Shown here one piece after another: positions 40,116-49,650 of a DNA stretch of 53,246 bases (position 1 is its first letter; every line of letters starts with the position of its first letter). The position numbers and the translations under genes are program-made. Location: assembly GCA_003978485.1 (NCBI GenBank), contig QNZF01000043.1, positions 1 through 53,246 of the forward strand, given 5' to 3'. Source of the DNA: Persephonella sp. Lineage in GTDB: Bacteria; Aquificota; Aquificia; Aquificales; Hydrogenothermaceae. The notes beneath the pieces were generated by a model. That model saw only the letters and a list, made by a program, of their open reading frames with translations. It ran no database searches and had not been told where the DNA came from.

Positions 40116-41663
40116 TTACCAATCAAACCTGTTTTCCTCGTTGTAATATTTTATTATTACAGGATTAAAAATAGTGTTAACCTTTATATCTTTTTCTGAA
40201 TACTTAAGCCAATTTTTCGGAAATATAAGGGAAGCTTTAAATAACTCATCGGTTAAAAAATATGTATCTAAGATTTTTAATGAAAAATTTTTTAATTTAT
40301 TCTCTATTAAATCTTTTCTTCCCCTATAGGCTAAAATAAATCCCCAATCTCCAAAACTAGGTATATCGTAATGATATTTTAGAGTATTAAATCCTGCCAT
40401 TTTTAATGTTTTCTCTATACACAGATATGTTTTTGATGCAAAATAGGGAGATGTGGCTTGAATAGAAACTATACCGTTAAAATTTAGAATTTTATAAATC
40501 TTCCTGTAAAACTCTAGCGAGTATAACTTTGCCAAATTTATATTAGATGGGTCTGGAAAGTCTACAATAACTAAATCAAAATTTTTTTTAGATTTAATAA
40601 GTTTATCTAGATAGATAAAAGCATCTTCATTTATAACTTTCACATTTTTATTGTAAAATGCATTTTCATTTAAAATGGATAACGGCTTTTCTTTAGCTAT
40701 TTCTATCATTCCTTTATCTAAGTCAACTAAAGTGATATTAATATTTCCATACTTTAACAATTCTCTAACTGCTAACCCATCGCCACCACCTAAAACTAAT
40801 ACATTTTTTAATTCATTTAATAAGGCAATTGGCGGGTGAACAAGTAATTCGTGGTATAACCTTTCATCTGTTGAGCAAAACTGAAGATTTCCATTTATGT
40901 ATAGTCTTAACTCTCCATTTTTTACATTTTTAGTTATAGTTATATCCTGATAATTTGTCCTTTTGTGGTATATAACAGGGTCTTTAAACATAGATTTTTG
41001 GAGATAAGCTTCTATCTTTTTGCTAAAAGTAAAACCTAATACATTTAGAATAAAAATAGAGATTGATACGATTATAATCAAAACATTTCTTTTTAAATTT
41101 CTTTTGAAGATAATAAAAGTTATAAATGCTATTAAAAGATTTACACTGCTAACTATATAGCCTATCTGTATGATTGAAAAATATTTCAGTAATAGATATA
41201 CCCAAACTAATGCTCCAATAAAGGCACCTAAAAAGTCCGCACTGTATATAAGTGAAAGATTTTCTTTAAGTGATTTTTGATACTTCTCATTAATTCTTAA
41301 AACGATAGGTATTTCTAGCCCTATTAACAATCCTGTTATAGATGCTAATAGATAGTAAACTAGATAAAAATTTTCTAAATGTATGTAAGCTAAATACACT
41401 GTAATAACTAATAGAGAACCTAATAGAGATATACTTAATTCCACGGTGATAAATTTTTCTACTAGATTTTTATCACTTAATTTTTTCTGAAAGTATCCAC
41501 CTAGTCCCATAAATAGCAACATTACAGCTATTGTAATTGAAAACTGTTCTATAGAGTTCCCAAGGATGTATGACGATACTGTAGATAGAATATACTCGTA
41601 TATTAAGCCTGTTGCCCCTGTGGACAGAATAGAAAGGGTTAACCATAAAGTTTTCATTCTCAT
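40116..41663 (-). CDS. speE: membrane-anchored polyamine aminopropyltransferase (spermidine synthase-like)
   Basis: N-terminal ~200 aa with about 7 TM helices, fused to a spermidine-synthase fold (VLVLGGGDGLAVRELLKY, ITLVDLD, DLVIVDFPDP). Confidence 0.85.
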   Translation of the reverse strand: MRMKTLWLTLSILSTGATGLIYEYILSTVSSYILGNSIEQFSITIAVMLLFMGLGGYFQKKLSDKNLVEKFITVELSISLLGSLLVITVYLAYIHLENFYLVYYLLASITGLLIGLEIPIVLRINEKYQKSLKENLSLIYSADFLGAFIGALVWVYLLLKYFSIIQIGYIVSSVNLLIAFITFIIFKRNLKRNVLIIIVSISIFILNVLGFTFSKKIEAYLQKSMFKDPVIYHKRTNYQDITITKNVKNGELRLYINGNLQFCSTDERLYHELLVHPPIALLNELKNVLVLGGGDGLAVRELLKYGNINITLVDLDKGMIEIAKEKPLSILNENAFYNKNVKVINEDAFIYLDKLIKSKKNFDLVIVDFPDPSNINLAKLYSLEFYRKIYKILNFNGIVSIQATSPYFASKTYLCIEKTLKMAGFNTLKYHYDIPSFGDWGFILAYRGRKDLIENKLKNFSLKILDTYFLTDELFKASLIFPKNWLKYSEKDIKVNTIFNPVIIKYYNEENRFDW

Positions 41664-41808
41664 ATAAAATATATTAACTGAAAGCTTGAAAATTAAATAA
41701 TCTAACTGAATTTGATTTTAGAATTTCTATTAAATGAAAAACCATAATATATTTATTAATGCTAAACTAATTTTATAAAAAATAAATCTGAAAGGTGAAA
41801 TATTTATA

Positions 41809-43014
41809 ATGCCTTTATACCTAAAGATAGCAATTAGATATTTATTTTCTTTTAAATCTAAAGCTTTATCCTTTATGTCCATAATATCAATACTAGGTGT
41901 TATCGTTGGTGTGTCTGCCTTACTTATAACTTTAGCTGTAATGAGTGGTTTTATGTGGGGATTAAAAAATAAAATACTTCAAAACTCACCTCATATAGTT
42001 ATTTTTAAAGTTGATAACAGTTTTACCGATTATGAAAGTCTATATCCATACCTGAGAAAAGTTAAAGATGTTGAAGAGTTTGAACCATTTGTATATTTTC
42101 AGGCTTTAGCGTCAGATAGGGAAAACTCTATTCCTGTAATAGTTAGAGGCGTCCCTCCTGAAAAGGATAAAAAAATTTTAGGTTTAGATAAAAGGATAAT
42201 TGAGGGGAAGTATGATTTATCAGGAAGGAATGTGATTATAGGTAAAGAGTTGGCTTTGTCCTTAGGATTATCCGTTGGAGATGAGATAGTGTTAATATCT
42301 CCATTTGGAAGGAAAACACCGATAGGCTATATACCTAGGGTAAAAAGGTTTAGGGTTGCAGGTATAGTGGATTTTGGTTTCTTTAAGTATGATGACAGTT
42401 ATGTTGGAATGAATTTAGAGAATGCTCAAAAATTCTTTAATATGAAAAACTCAATTACTGGTTTACAGTTGAAAATAAAAGACCCTTTTAAAGCTAATGA
42501 AGTGAAAAAAGAGCTATCAAAATATATCCAATTTCCATACGTTATTAGAACTTGGCAGGATATGAACAAAAGCTTATTCCAAGCTTTACAGTTGGAAAAA
42601 TTTGCTATGTTTTTAGTAATAACTTTAATTGTATTAGTAGCATCTTTTAATATATCAAGTTTGTTGATAACTAAAGCTAGAGATAAGAGAAAAGAAATAG
42701 GAATATTAAAAACTATGGGAGCAGATAATAACTTTATTCTAAAAGTTTTTTTGTGGCAAGGATTGATTATAGGCTTTATAGGAACAACAATAGGTGTGTT
42801 AATTGGGTTTACTGTTATATATGTAGCAGATACATACCATTTAATTAGACTAAATCCAGAAGTCTATCTAATGGAATACCTACCATTAAAGACATCTTTA
42901 AAAGATTTTATTATGGTGTATATATCATCAATTTTTATATGTTTCATATCTTCCATAATACCTGCCTATATGTCCTCCAAAGAAATACCAGCGGAGATTT
43001 TAAGGAATGAATAA
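41809..43014 (+). CDS. lolC: lipoprotein-releasing ABC transporter permease (LolC/LolE family)
   Basis: MacB-like periplasmic domain between TM1 and TM2, and a C-terminal FtsX domain (EIGILKTMGA). Confidence 0.88.
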   Translation: MPLYLKIAIRYLFSFKSKALSFMSIISILGVIVGVSALLITLAVMSGFMWGLKNKILQNSPHIVIFKVDNSFTDYESLYPYLRKVKDVEEFEPFVYFQALASDRENSIPVIVRGVPPEKDKKILGLDKRIIEGKYDLSGRNVIIGKELALSLGLSVGDEIVLISPFGRKTPIGYIPRVKRFRVAGIVDFGFFKYDDSYVGMNLENAQKFFNMKNSITGLQLKIKDPFKANEVKKELSKYIQFPYVIRTWQDMNKSLFQALQLEKFAMFLVITLIVLVASFNISSLLITKARDKRKEIGILKTMGADNNFILKVFLWQGLIIGFIGTTIGVLIGFTVIYVADTYHLIRLNPEVYLMEYLPLKTSLKDFIMVYISSIFICFISSIIPAYMSSKEIPAEILRNE

Positions 43015-43564
43015 AAATTTACCAAAATTTTACGCAATAACTAATAGAAAAAGGTTTAAATACCCTTTAGAAAAACAGATAAAAATTATTAAAGAAAAAG
43101 GAGCAGGTATTATACAATTAAGGGAGAAGGATTTAAATTCGGAAGATTTGTATAAACTGGCAAGGAAGATTAGAGATTTAACAAAAGAGTTAGGTATGTT
43201 GCTAACTGTAAATGATAGGTTGGATATAGCAATTTTAGTTGGAGCTGATGGTGTTCATTTACCTGAGAAAAGTGTTCCAATATCTGTGATAAAAAAAAGA
43301 TTTCCTTATTTAATAGTGGGTAAATCCTGTCATTCTTTAGAGTGTGCTTTAAACTCAGAAAAAGAAGGAGCAGATTATATATTTATATCTCCAATTTTTT
43401 TTGTTGAAGGGAAGGGAAAACCTATAGGTCTGGAAGGTTTAAAGGAGGTTATAGCCAAGGTTAAAATCCCAATTTATGCGTTAGGAGGAATTAATAAAGA
43501 AAATTTAAAGGAGGTTTTTAAAACAGGGGTTTACGGTGTTGCAAGTATAAGAATGTTCTTATAA
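43007..43564 (+). CDS. thiE: thiamine-phosphate synthase
   Basis: TIM-barrel ThiE blocks (IIQLREKDL, VNDRLDIA..GADGVHL, ALGGI). 8-nt overlap with the lolC end. Confidence 0.88.
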   Translation: MNKNLPKFYAITNRKRFKYPLEKQIKIIKEKGAGIIQLREKDLNSEDLYKLARKIRDLTKELGMLLTVNDRLDIAILVGADGVHLPEKSVPISVIKKRFPYLIVGKSCHSLECALNSEKEGADYIFISPIFFVEGKGKPIGLEGLKEVIAKVKIPIYALGGINKENLKEVFKTGVYGVASIRMFL

Positions 43565-43575
43565 AAAGAAGAAAG

Positions 43576-45189
43576 CTAACCTATATTTTTTAATTCCTGT
43601 AATGAGTAAACTCTATAATTCTTGTTCCTGTAAGATTTTATAGCTTCAACGCTGGCTTTAGCCCCCCTTACAGTGGTAAAGTAGGGAATTTTATTTTCTA
43701 CTGCCGCTCTTCTTATATGATAGGCATCAGACCTTTCCTTTCTGCCTGTTGGAGTGTTAATAATTAGATGTATATTGTTATTTTTTATCTCATCAACAAT
43801 GTTAGGTCTCTGTTCAGACAGTTTTCTAACTTCCTTTGAAGGTATTCCATACTTACTTAAATACCTGTGTGTTCCTTCAGTTGCGAATATTTGGAAACCC
43901 ATATCAAATAAATCTTTAGCTATATCAACAATATAAGGCTTATCTTTATCTGCAACTGATATAAACACATTCCCTTTTTCCGGTAGTATTGCACCTGTCC
44001 CTGCCTGTGCTTTCCAAAATGCCATTCCAAAATCTTCATCTATTCCCATTACTTCACCTGTTGATTTCATCTCTGGTCCAAGTAATGGGTCAACTTCAGG
44101 AAATCTATTCCAAGGAAAAACAACTTCTTTTACTGAGTAAACTTTAAAATCTTTAGAATGAAAATCTGTAGCAGGATGTTTATCTTTTATATCGAAAACT
44201 TCAGGTACTAACTCTTTCAACTTCTTACCGATTATTATCTTAGATGCAATTTTTGCTAACTGATAACCTATAGCTTTGCTGACGAAAGGAACAGTCCTTG
44301 AAGCTCTAGGGTTTACTTCTATTATATAAATCTCATCATTCTTTATAGCATACTGTATGTTTATTAAACCTTTAACGTTTAAGGCTTTAGCTAACTTTCT
44401 AGTCTGTTCCTTTACCTGATATAGTATCTCATCTTTAAGTGTGTAAGGTGGTATACAGGTTGCACTGTCCCCTGAATGTATTCCTGCTTCTTCAATATGT
44501 TCCATAATCGCACCGATTAAAACATCTTCCCCATCCGATACAGCATCAACATCCAGTTCAACTGCGTTGTCTAAAAATCTGTCTATAAGTAAAGGTTTGT
44601 CTTCTGATACATAAACTGCCTCTTCTATATACTTTAAAAGTTCTGACATATCGTAAACTAAACGCATAGCCCTTCCGCCCAAAACATAGGAAGGTCTAAC
44701 CAAGAGTGGAAAGCCTAAACTACCTGCTATATTTATCGCCTCCTCTTTTGAATGGGCGATGGCACTTTCAGGTTGTTTTAGACCTAGTTTAATGACTAAT
44801 TCTCTAAATTTTTTTCTGTCTTCTGCTATATCTATACTTGAAGGAGATGTTCCCAATATATTTACTCCTGCATTCTGTAGTGGCACTGCCAACTTTAAAG
44901 GGGTTTGTCCTCCAAACTGTACTATAACACCTATAGGTTTCTCACTTTCTATAATATTTAAAACATCTTCATAAACTATCGGTTCAAAGAAAAGTTTATC
45001 TGATGTGTCATAATCTGTAGAAACTGTCTCAGGGTTGCAGTTTACCATAATAGCTTTATATCCTTCCTCTTTTAAAGCCCATACACAATGTACACAAGCA
45101 TAATCAAACTCTATTCCTTGTCCTATTCTGTTAGGACCACTACCTAAAATAATAACTTTTCTCTTTTCCATAAAGTGCAACCTCAACAC
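43576..45189 (-). CDS. carB: carbamoyl-phosphate synthase large subunit, C-terminal half only (split carB)
   Basis: Second ATP-grasp module (ILGSGPNRIGQGIEFDYACVH.., IIEVNPRASRTVPF) plus an MGS-like allosteric domain. 537 aa, so the N-terminal half must be encoded elsewhere. Likely start ATG 45171. Confidence 0.92.
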   Translation of the reverse strand: MLRLHFMEKRKVIILGSGPNRIGQGIEFDYACVHCVWALKEEGYKAIMVNCNPETVSTDYDTSDKLFFEPIVYEDVLNIIESEKPIGVIVQFGGQTPLKLAVPLQNAGVNILGTSPSSIDIAEDRKKFRELVIKLGLKQPESAIAHSKEEAINIAGSLGFPLLVRPSYVLGGRAMRLVYDMSELLKYIEEAVYVSEDKPLLIDRFLDNAVELDVDAVSDGEDVLIGAIMEHIEEAGIHSGDSATCIPPYTLKDEILYQVKEQTRKLAKALNVKGLINIQYAIKNDEIYIIEVNPRASRTVPFVSKAIGYQLAKIASKIIIGKKLKELVPEVFDIKDKHPATDFHSKDFKVYSVKEVVFPWNRFPEVDPLLGPEMKSTGEVMGIDEDFGMAFWKAQAGTGAILPEKGNVFISVADKDKPYIVDIAKDLFDMGFQIFATEGTHRYLSKYGIPSKEVRKLSEQRPNIVDEIKNNNIHLIINTPTGRKERSDAYHIRRAAVENKIPYFTTVRGAKASVEAIKSYRNKNYRVYSLQELKNIG

Positions 45190-45249
45190 TTTTTAGCAAA
45201 AAATAATATACTACAAAAACTTACTGATAATTTTTGAAAATTCCTTTTA

Positions 45250-45277
45250 TTGAAACTTAACATTACAGGAATAATAT
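45250..45277 (+). promoter_or_regulatory. candidate sigma-70-type promoter for the pel operon
   Basis: TTGAAA (45250..45255), 16-nt spacer, TAATAT (45272..45277), 40 nt before the pelC ATG. Such matches are frequent in AT-rich DNA. Confidence 0.3.
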
Positions 45278-45317
45278 GAAATGTATATATCAAACATCTA
45301 AAATCTAGAGGGACAAG

Positions 45318-45818
45318 ATGAAAAAAATTTTAGTATTATTGGGGCTCGTATTTATTTTAGTGTTAAACTCATGCTCTTCATCAATAAATAGTTATCAGAT
45401 TAATCCGTTGAATAAAAAGGATAGTTTTATAGTTTTACCTTTTGAAAATAATACTGAAACACCATTAGCAGGTTTGAGGGCATCAAAAATAGCAGAGGGG
45501 GTTTTAGTTTCACACGGATTTAATATAAATGAAAAAATTTATAAACAAAAAGAGTACAAATCTGAAGAAATAAAACAGATGTTGAAAAAATTTAAAGAAG
45601 AAGGCTACAGATACGCAGTTGTTGGAACTGTAAATGAGTGGAGATATAAAACGGGAATAGATGGAGAACCTGCCGTAAATATAACTATGAGAATAGTTGA
45701 TTTAAAGAACGGTAAAACTGTTTGGTCAGGTGTAGCATCAAAAAGCGGTATGGGTTATTCATCAATTGGAACACTTGCACAGGAATTATTAAATGAATTG
45801 GCAGAAAGTATTAAATAA
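45318..45818 (+). CDS. pelC: PelC-like outer-membrane lipoprotein
   Basis: Lipobox LVLNSC, ~166 aa, LpoB/TolB-N-like pattern (FIVLPFENNT..PLAG.., VVGTVNEWRYK, TVWSG). Assigned mainly from its position ahead of pelDEFG. Confidence 0.65.
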   Translation: MKKILVLLGLVFILVLNSCSSSINSYQINPLNKKDSFIVLPFENNTETPLAGLRASKIAEGVLVSHGFNINEKIYKQKEYKSEEIKQMLKKFKEEGYRYAVVGTVNEWRYKTGIDGEPAVNITMRIVDLKNGKTVWSGVASKSGMGYSSIGTLAQELLNELAESIK

Positions 45819-45839
45819 AATTTTCCCTTGGGGATAGAT

Positions 45840-47099
45840 ATGTTTGAAAAATTTAAATTATTAAGAGTTTTTGGAGATACTTTATCAATACTACTTGTTT
45901 ATCTAATTATAGGGTATTTTATAGACCCTAAGGATATACTTCTTATAAATAAGCCTTTTCAATTTTTTATAATAGTTATTGCTGTTATCAGTCTATTTTA
46001 CGGTTTCCCTGCAGGTATACTATCTATGCTTATCTTCTTAATGGTAGGTTTTGCATTCTATCCTGAATTTCCATTGTATTCATTCCTATGGTACCTAACA
46101 CTAACGTTAATTTTCAGCGAAGCACATTATCTCTGGACTAGCAAAATATTAAAGTTAGAAAAAGAGATGGAATATTTACAGGAAAAATTAAAGTATTTAA
46201 GAGAAAGTTTATACACACTTAAAATCTCACATGACCAGATAGAAAAGAACTATGTTCTTAAACCTATGAGTATTAGAAATGTTTTAAGTGAGATTAATAG
46301 AATGATAGTAAAAAGCGAAGAAAGATTATTTCAAGATTTTCTACTTTTAATATCCAAATATAGTAGTGTTGAAAGTGGAAGTTTATATATACAGGATAAG
46401 GAAGATAAGGAAAGCTATGTTGAAGTTGCAAATGTTGGGGATGGGGCAGATTTAGATTTTGACGACCCTATGATAAAAGAAGCTTTAGAGAGAAGGGAAA
46501 GTGTTTACTTATCTGTTGCAGATATAGACAGTAAAACAAATCCTTCTAAGTATTTGGCCGTTTCAACAGTTGTCGAAGATGATGAGATAAAAGCATTCCT
46601 TTTGATAAAAGAGATACCTTTTACAGATTTAAATAAAGATAATATGCTAAAAATAGATGTTTTCCTATTTTATCTAATTAAAAATTTAGAAACATCAGAA
46701 AAGTACAGAAAATTAATTGAAAAATATCTTGATATAGATATTTACCTTGTAAAAGAAATAGATATACTAACCCAACTTTACCAAAGATACGGAATAGAAA
46801 GTAACATTGTTGTTTTTTATGCAGACGAAAGTGAACCTGTTGGAAGTATTTTTATGGAAATAGAAGGTTCTATCAGAGGTTTAGACTACGCAACCAGGTA
46901 TAAATACGGGACAAGAGAGATGTTAATAGTATTACTGCCTTTTACAAGTGATGCTAATGTTAAAGGATTTATAGAAAGAATAAGAAAAAGTATAAGAAGA
47001 CTTTTTGGCAGGGATACTGAATTATCTTTATTACACAAAATAATACCTGTTGGAAAATTCTCTTTAGAAAAAACTATTTATAAAGTGGTTAAGTCATGA
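45840..47099 (+). CDS. pelD: PelD-like c-di-GMP receptor (TM + GAF-like + degenerate GGDEF)
   Basis: Four N-terminal TM helices, a central GAF-like region, and a C-terminal GGDEF-fold remnant with RxxD (RGLD, 46875..46886) but KYGTREM where GGDEF would be. GGGGA SD before ATG 45840 (track TTG at 45828). Confidence 0.72.
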   Translation: MFEKFKLLRVFGDTLSILLVYLIIGYFIDPKDILLINKPFQFFIIVIAVISLFYGFPAGILSMLIFLMVGFAFYPEFPLYSFLWYLTLTLIFSEAHYLWTSKILKLEKEMEYLQEKLKYLRESLYTLKISHDQIEKNYVLKPMSIRNVLSEINRMIVKSEERLFQDFLLLISKYSSVESGSLYIQDKEDKESYVEVANVGDGADLDFDDPMIKEALERRESVYLSVADIDSKTNPSKYLAVSTVVEDDEIKAFLLIKEIPFTDLNKDNMLKIDVFLFYLIKNLETSEKYRKLIEKYLDIDIYLVKEIDILTQLYQRYGIESNIVVFYADESEPVGSIFMEIEGSIRGLDYATRYKYGTREMLIVLLPFTSDANVKGFIERIRKSIRRLFGRDTELSLLHKIIPVGKFSLEKTIYKVVKS

Positions 47100-48118
47100 T
47101 TACACAGTATTTTGCACAGAAAAAACTTTTATTTCTTTCTATTACCTTCGAAATAAGTTCTATTTACCTTTTATTTTTTTCAAAAGATTTTACAGGTAAA
47201 ATTTTTGCCGTTCTAATTTTACATACTTTAGCAAGTATTACATTATCTCAAATAGTTTGGCTTATTTTACCTAAAAGATATAAAAAACCATTTCCATTAA
47301 GCTTAATATCTCTCTTCGTTATAGTATTTTCTACACCAATTGTTAGCTATATAGCATTAATAATACTTTATATAATTCTAAAAAAACAAAAGCCTAAGAC
47401 GGCTTATCCATTTAACCATTTTTCCATATGGAAAGGACTTGAAGAGTTAAGAATTCCAAAAAGAAAGTTTGGAGAAGCGGCTATTATAGAGTTAGTTAGA
47501 AATACAAAAATACCTGCGGAGAAAAGATTAAAAGCATTTATATTTTTAACTGAAGCTATATCTCCTGAAACAGTTCAACTGCTTAAATTAGGTCTATCTG
47601 ACCCTAACGATGAAATAAGATTACTATGTTTCTCTGAGTTAAGTAAGATAGAGAAAAAGATAACTTCTTCAATCCATTACTATATGAATATTTTAGAAAA
47701 TGCTAAGGATGATAAAGAATATTTAGATGCTTTAGAAAATTTAGCTAAATCCTATTGGGAAGCTGTTTACTTAGGAATAGGTGACGAGGAAATTAATAAA
47801 TATTATATTAATCAGACTTATAAATATGCACTGAAAGCTATAGAGTTTGCAGAAGAAAAAAATCTACAAGTTGACCCTCATGTAATACTTATATTAGGAA
47901 AGATAAATCTTTTAAAGGGAGATTATGAAAGTGCAGAAAGATTGTTAAGAGAAACATTAGATAGTAATATTCCAAAATTTGAAGTTATTCCATCTTTAGC
48001 TAAATTGTATTATGAAAAGGGGGAGTTTTCAAAAGTTAAAGAGTTATTTATGAAGTACCCTTATTTAAGGTATGACTTTGATATATACCCTATATATGCG
48101 TTGTGGAGTGGTGAGTAG
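47096..48118 (+). CDS. pelE: PelE-like membrane/TPR protein
   Basis: N-terminal TM helices then TPR-like helical repeats. ATGA overlap with pelD. Size and position match PelE. Confidence 0.7.
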   Translation: MITQYFAQKKLLFLSITFEISSIYLLFFSKDFTGKIFAVLILHTLASITLSQIVWLILPKRYKKPFPLSLISLFVIVFSTPIVSYIALIILYIILKKQKPKTAYPFNHFSIWKGLEELRIPKRKFGEAAIIELVRNTKIPAEKRLKAFIFLTEAISPETVQLLKLGLSDPNDEIRLLCFSELSKIEKKITSSIHYYMNILENAKDDKEYLDALENLAKSYWEAVYLGIGDEEINKYYINQTYKYALKAIEFAEEKNLQVDPHVILILGKINLLKGDYESAERLLRETLDSNIPKFEVIPSLAKLYYEKGEFSKVKELFMKYPYLRYDFDIYPIYALWSGE

Positions 48119-49650
48119 TGGTTAAATATATAAGAAAAGCTGATAACTTTGATATATTGATAATTGCAGAGGGGACATATCCCTATGTAAAAGGGGGAGT
48201 ATCGTCTTGGATACACCAGTTATTAACTGGATTATCTGAGTTTAAATTTGGAATAGTTTTTCTTGGAAGTAGAGAGGAAGATTACGGAGATATAAGATAT
48301 AAACTTCCAGACAATCTAGTCCATCTGGAAGTTCACTATCTATTTGGAAAGAAAGGAGAATTAAATATCCAAAAAAAAAACGTAGAACCTGACAAATTTA
48401 AGTATGTTTACAGTTTACACGAATATTTTGGGTCTGATAAAAACTCAAAAAATGGTGATTACATACCTGACTACATTAAATCTTTAGATTTCTATAACAG
48501 AGTTATTACTGAGGAAGTTTTTCTCTACAGTAAGAACTCTTGGGAATTTATAACGGAAAATTATTACAATAACTGTCCTAACTATCCTTTTGTTGATTAC
48601 TTTTGGACTGTTAGAAATATACACTCTCCTATCTGGGTTATAACTGATGTTGCCCAAAATCTTAAAGGATATAAAGTGATACATTCTCCATCAACAGGTT
48701 ATGCAGGTTTTTTGGGAGCTTTACTCCATTTTGACACTGGAAAACCTTTTATACTAACGGAGCATGGTATATATGTTAGGGAGAGAAAAATAGACTTGTT
48801 AAGTGCCGATTGGATAGAGGATAAGAGAAATCTTTTTCAAAAAGAGTTGGGAGAATTAGATTATCTAAAAAAGATGTGGATTAAATTTTTTGAAGGTTTA
48901 GGTAAATTCACCTATAAAGCGTCTAATCCTATTATCTCTCTATTTGAAATAGCTAGACAGATACAAATCAGGTATGGAGCTGACCCTGAAAAAACTATTG
49001 TTATACCTAACGGTGTTGATGTTAAAGGTTTAGGTGAGTTAGTTAAAAAGAGACCTAAAAAAGTTCCAAAGGTTATAACACTTATAGGTAGAGTTGTCCC
49101 AATTAAAGATATAAAAACATTTATAAAGGCTATGAGGATAGTGGCAAACTATATACCTGATGTTGAAGGTTGGATTGTTGGACCTGAGGATGAAGACCCT
49201 AACTATGCGGAAGAATGCCACTTTTTAGTCGACAGTTTAGGTTTACAGGAAAATGTTAAATTCTTAGGATTTCAAAATATTAAAGATATATTACCTAAAA
49301 CTGGAATATTAACTTTAACTTCCATAAGTGAAGGTATGCCATTGGTTGTTATAGAAGGATTTGCGGCAGGTGTCCCTGCCATAACAACAGATGTTGGTTC
49401 ATGTAGTCAGCTAATATACGGTGGTATAGACGAAGAAGATAAAAAGTTAGGAAAGGCTGGTGAAGTTGTTCCTATAGCAAATCCAGAAGCTTTGGCAGAG
49501 GCTTATGTAAAACTGTTAAAAAATGAAGATTTATGGAACTCCTGTCAAAAGGTAGCATTAGAAAGAGTTAGAAAGTATTACTCCTTAGAAAAGTTTTTAA
49601 ATAGTTATAGGAATATTTATAAAGAGGCATTGAATAGTTGGCAGGAATAG
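48118..49650 (+). CDS. pelF: Pel polysaccharide glycosyltransferase PelF (GT4 with DUF3492-type N-terminus)
   Basis: N-terminus DILIIAEGTYPYVKGGVSSWIHQLLTGL is the PelF hallmark as I recall it. GT4 C-terminal EGMPLVVIEGFAAGVP. Confidence 0.9.
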   Translation: MVKYIRKADNFDILIIAEGTYPYVKGGVSSWIHQLLTGLSEFKFGIVFLGSREEDYGDIRYKLPDNLVHLEVHYLFGKKGELNIQKKNVEPDKFKYVYSLHEYFGSDKNSKNGDYIPDYIKSLDFYNRVITEEVFLYSKNSWEFITENYYNNCPNYPFVDYFWTVRNIHSPIWVITDVAQNLKGYKVIHSPSTGYAGFLGALLHFDTGKPFILTEHGIYVRERKIDLLSADWIEDKRNLFQKELGELDYLKKMWIKFFEGLGKFTYKASNPIISLFEIARQIQIRYGADPEKTIVIPNGVDVKGLGELVKKRPKKVPKVITLIGRVVPIKDIKTFIKAMRIVANYIPDVEGWIVGPEDEDPNYAEECHFLVDSLGLQENVKFLGFQNIKDILPKTGILTLTSISEGMPLVVIEGFAAGVPAITTDVGSCSQLIYGGIDEEDKKLGKAGEVVPIANPEALAEAYVKLLKNEDLWNSCQKVALERVRKYYSLEKFLNSYRNIYKEALNSWQE

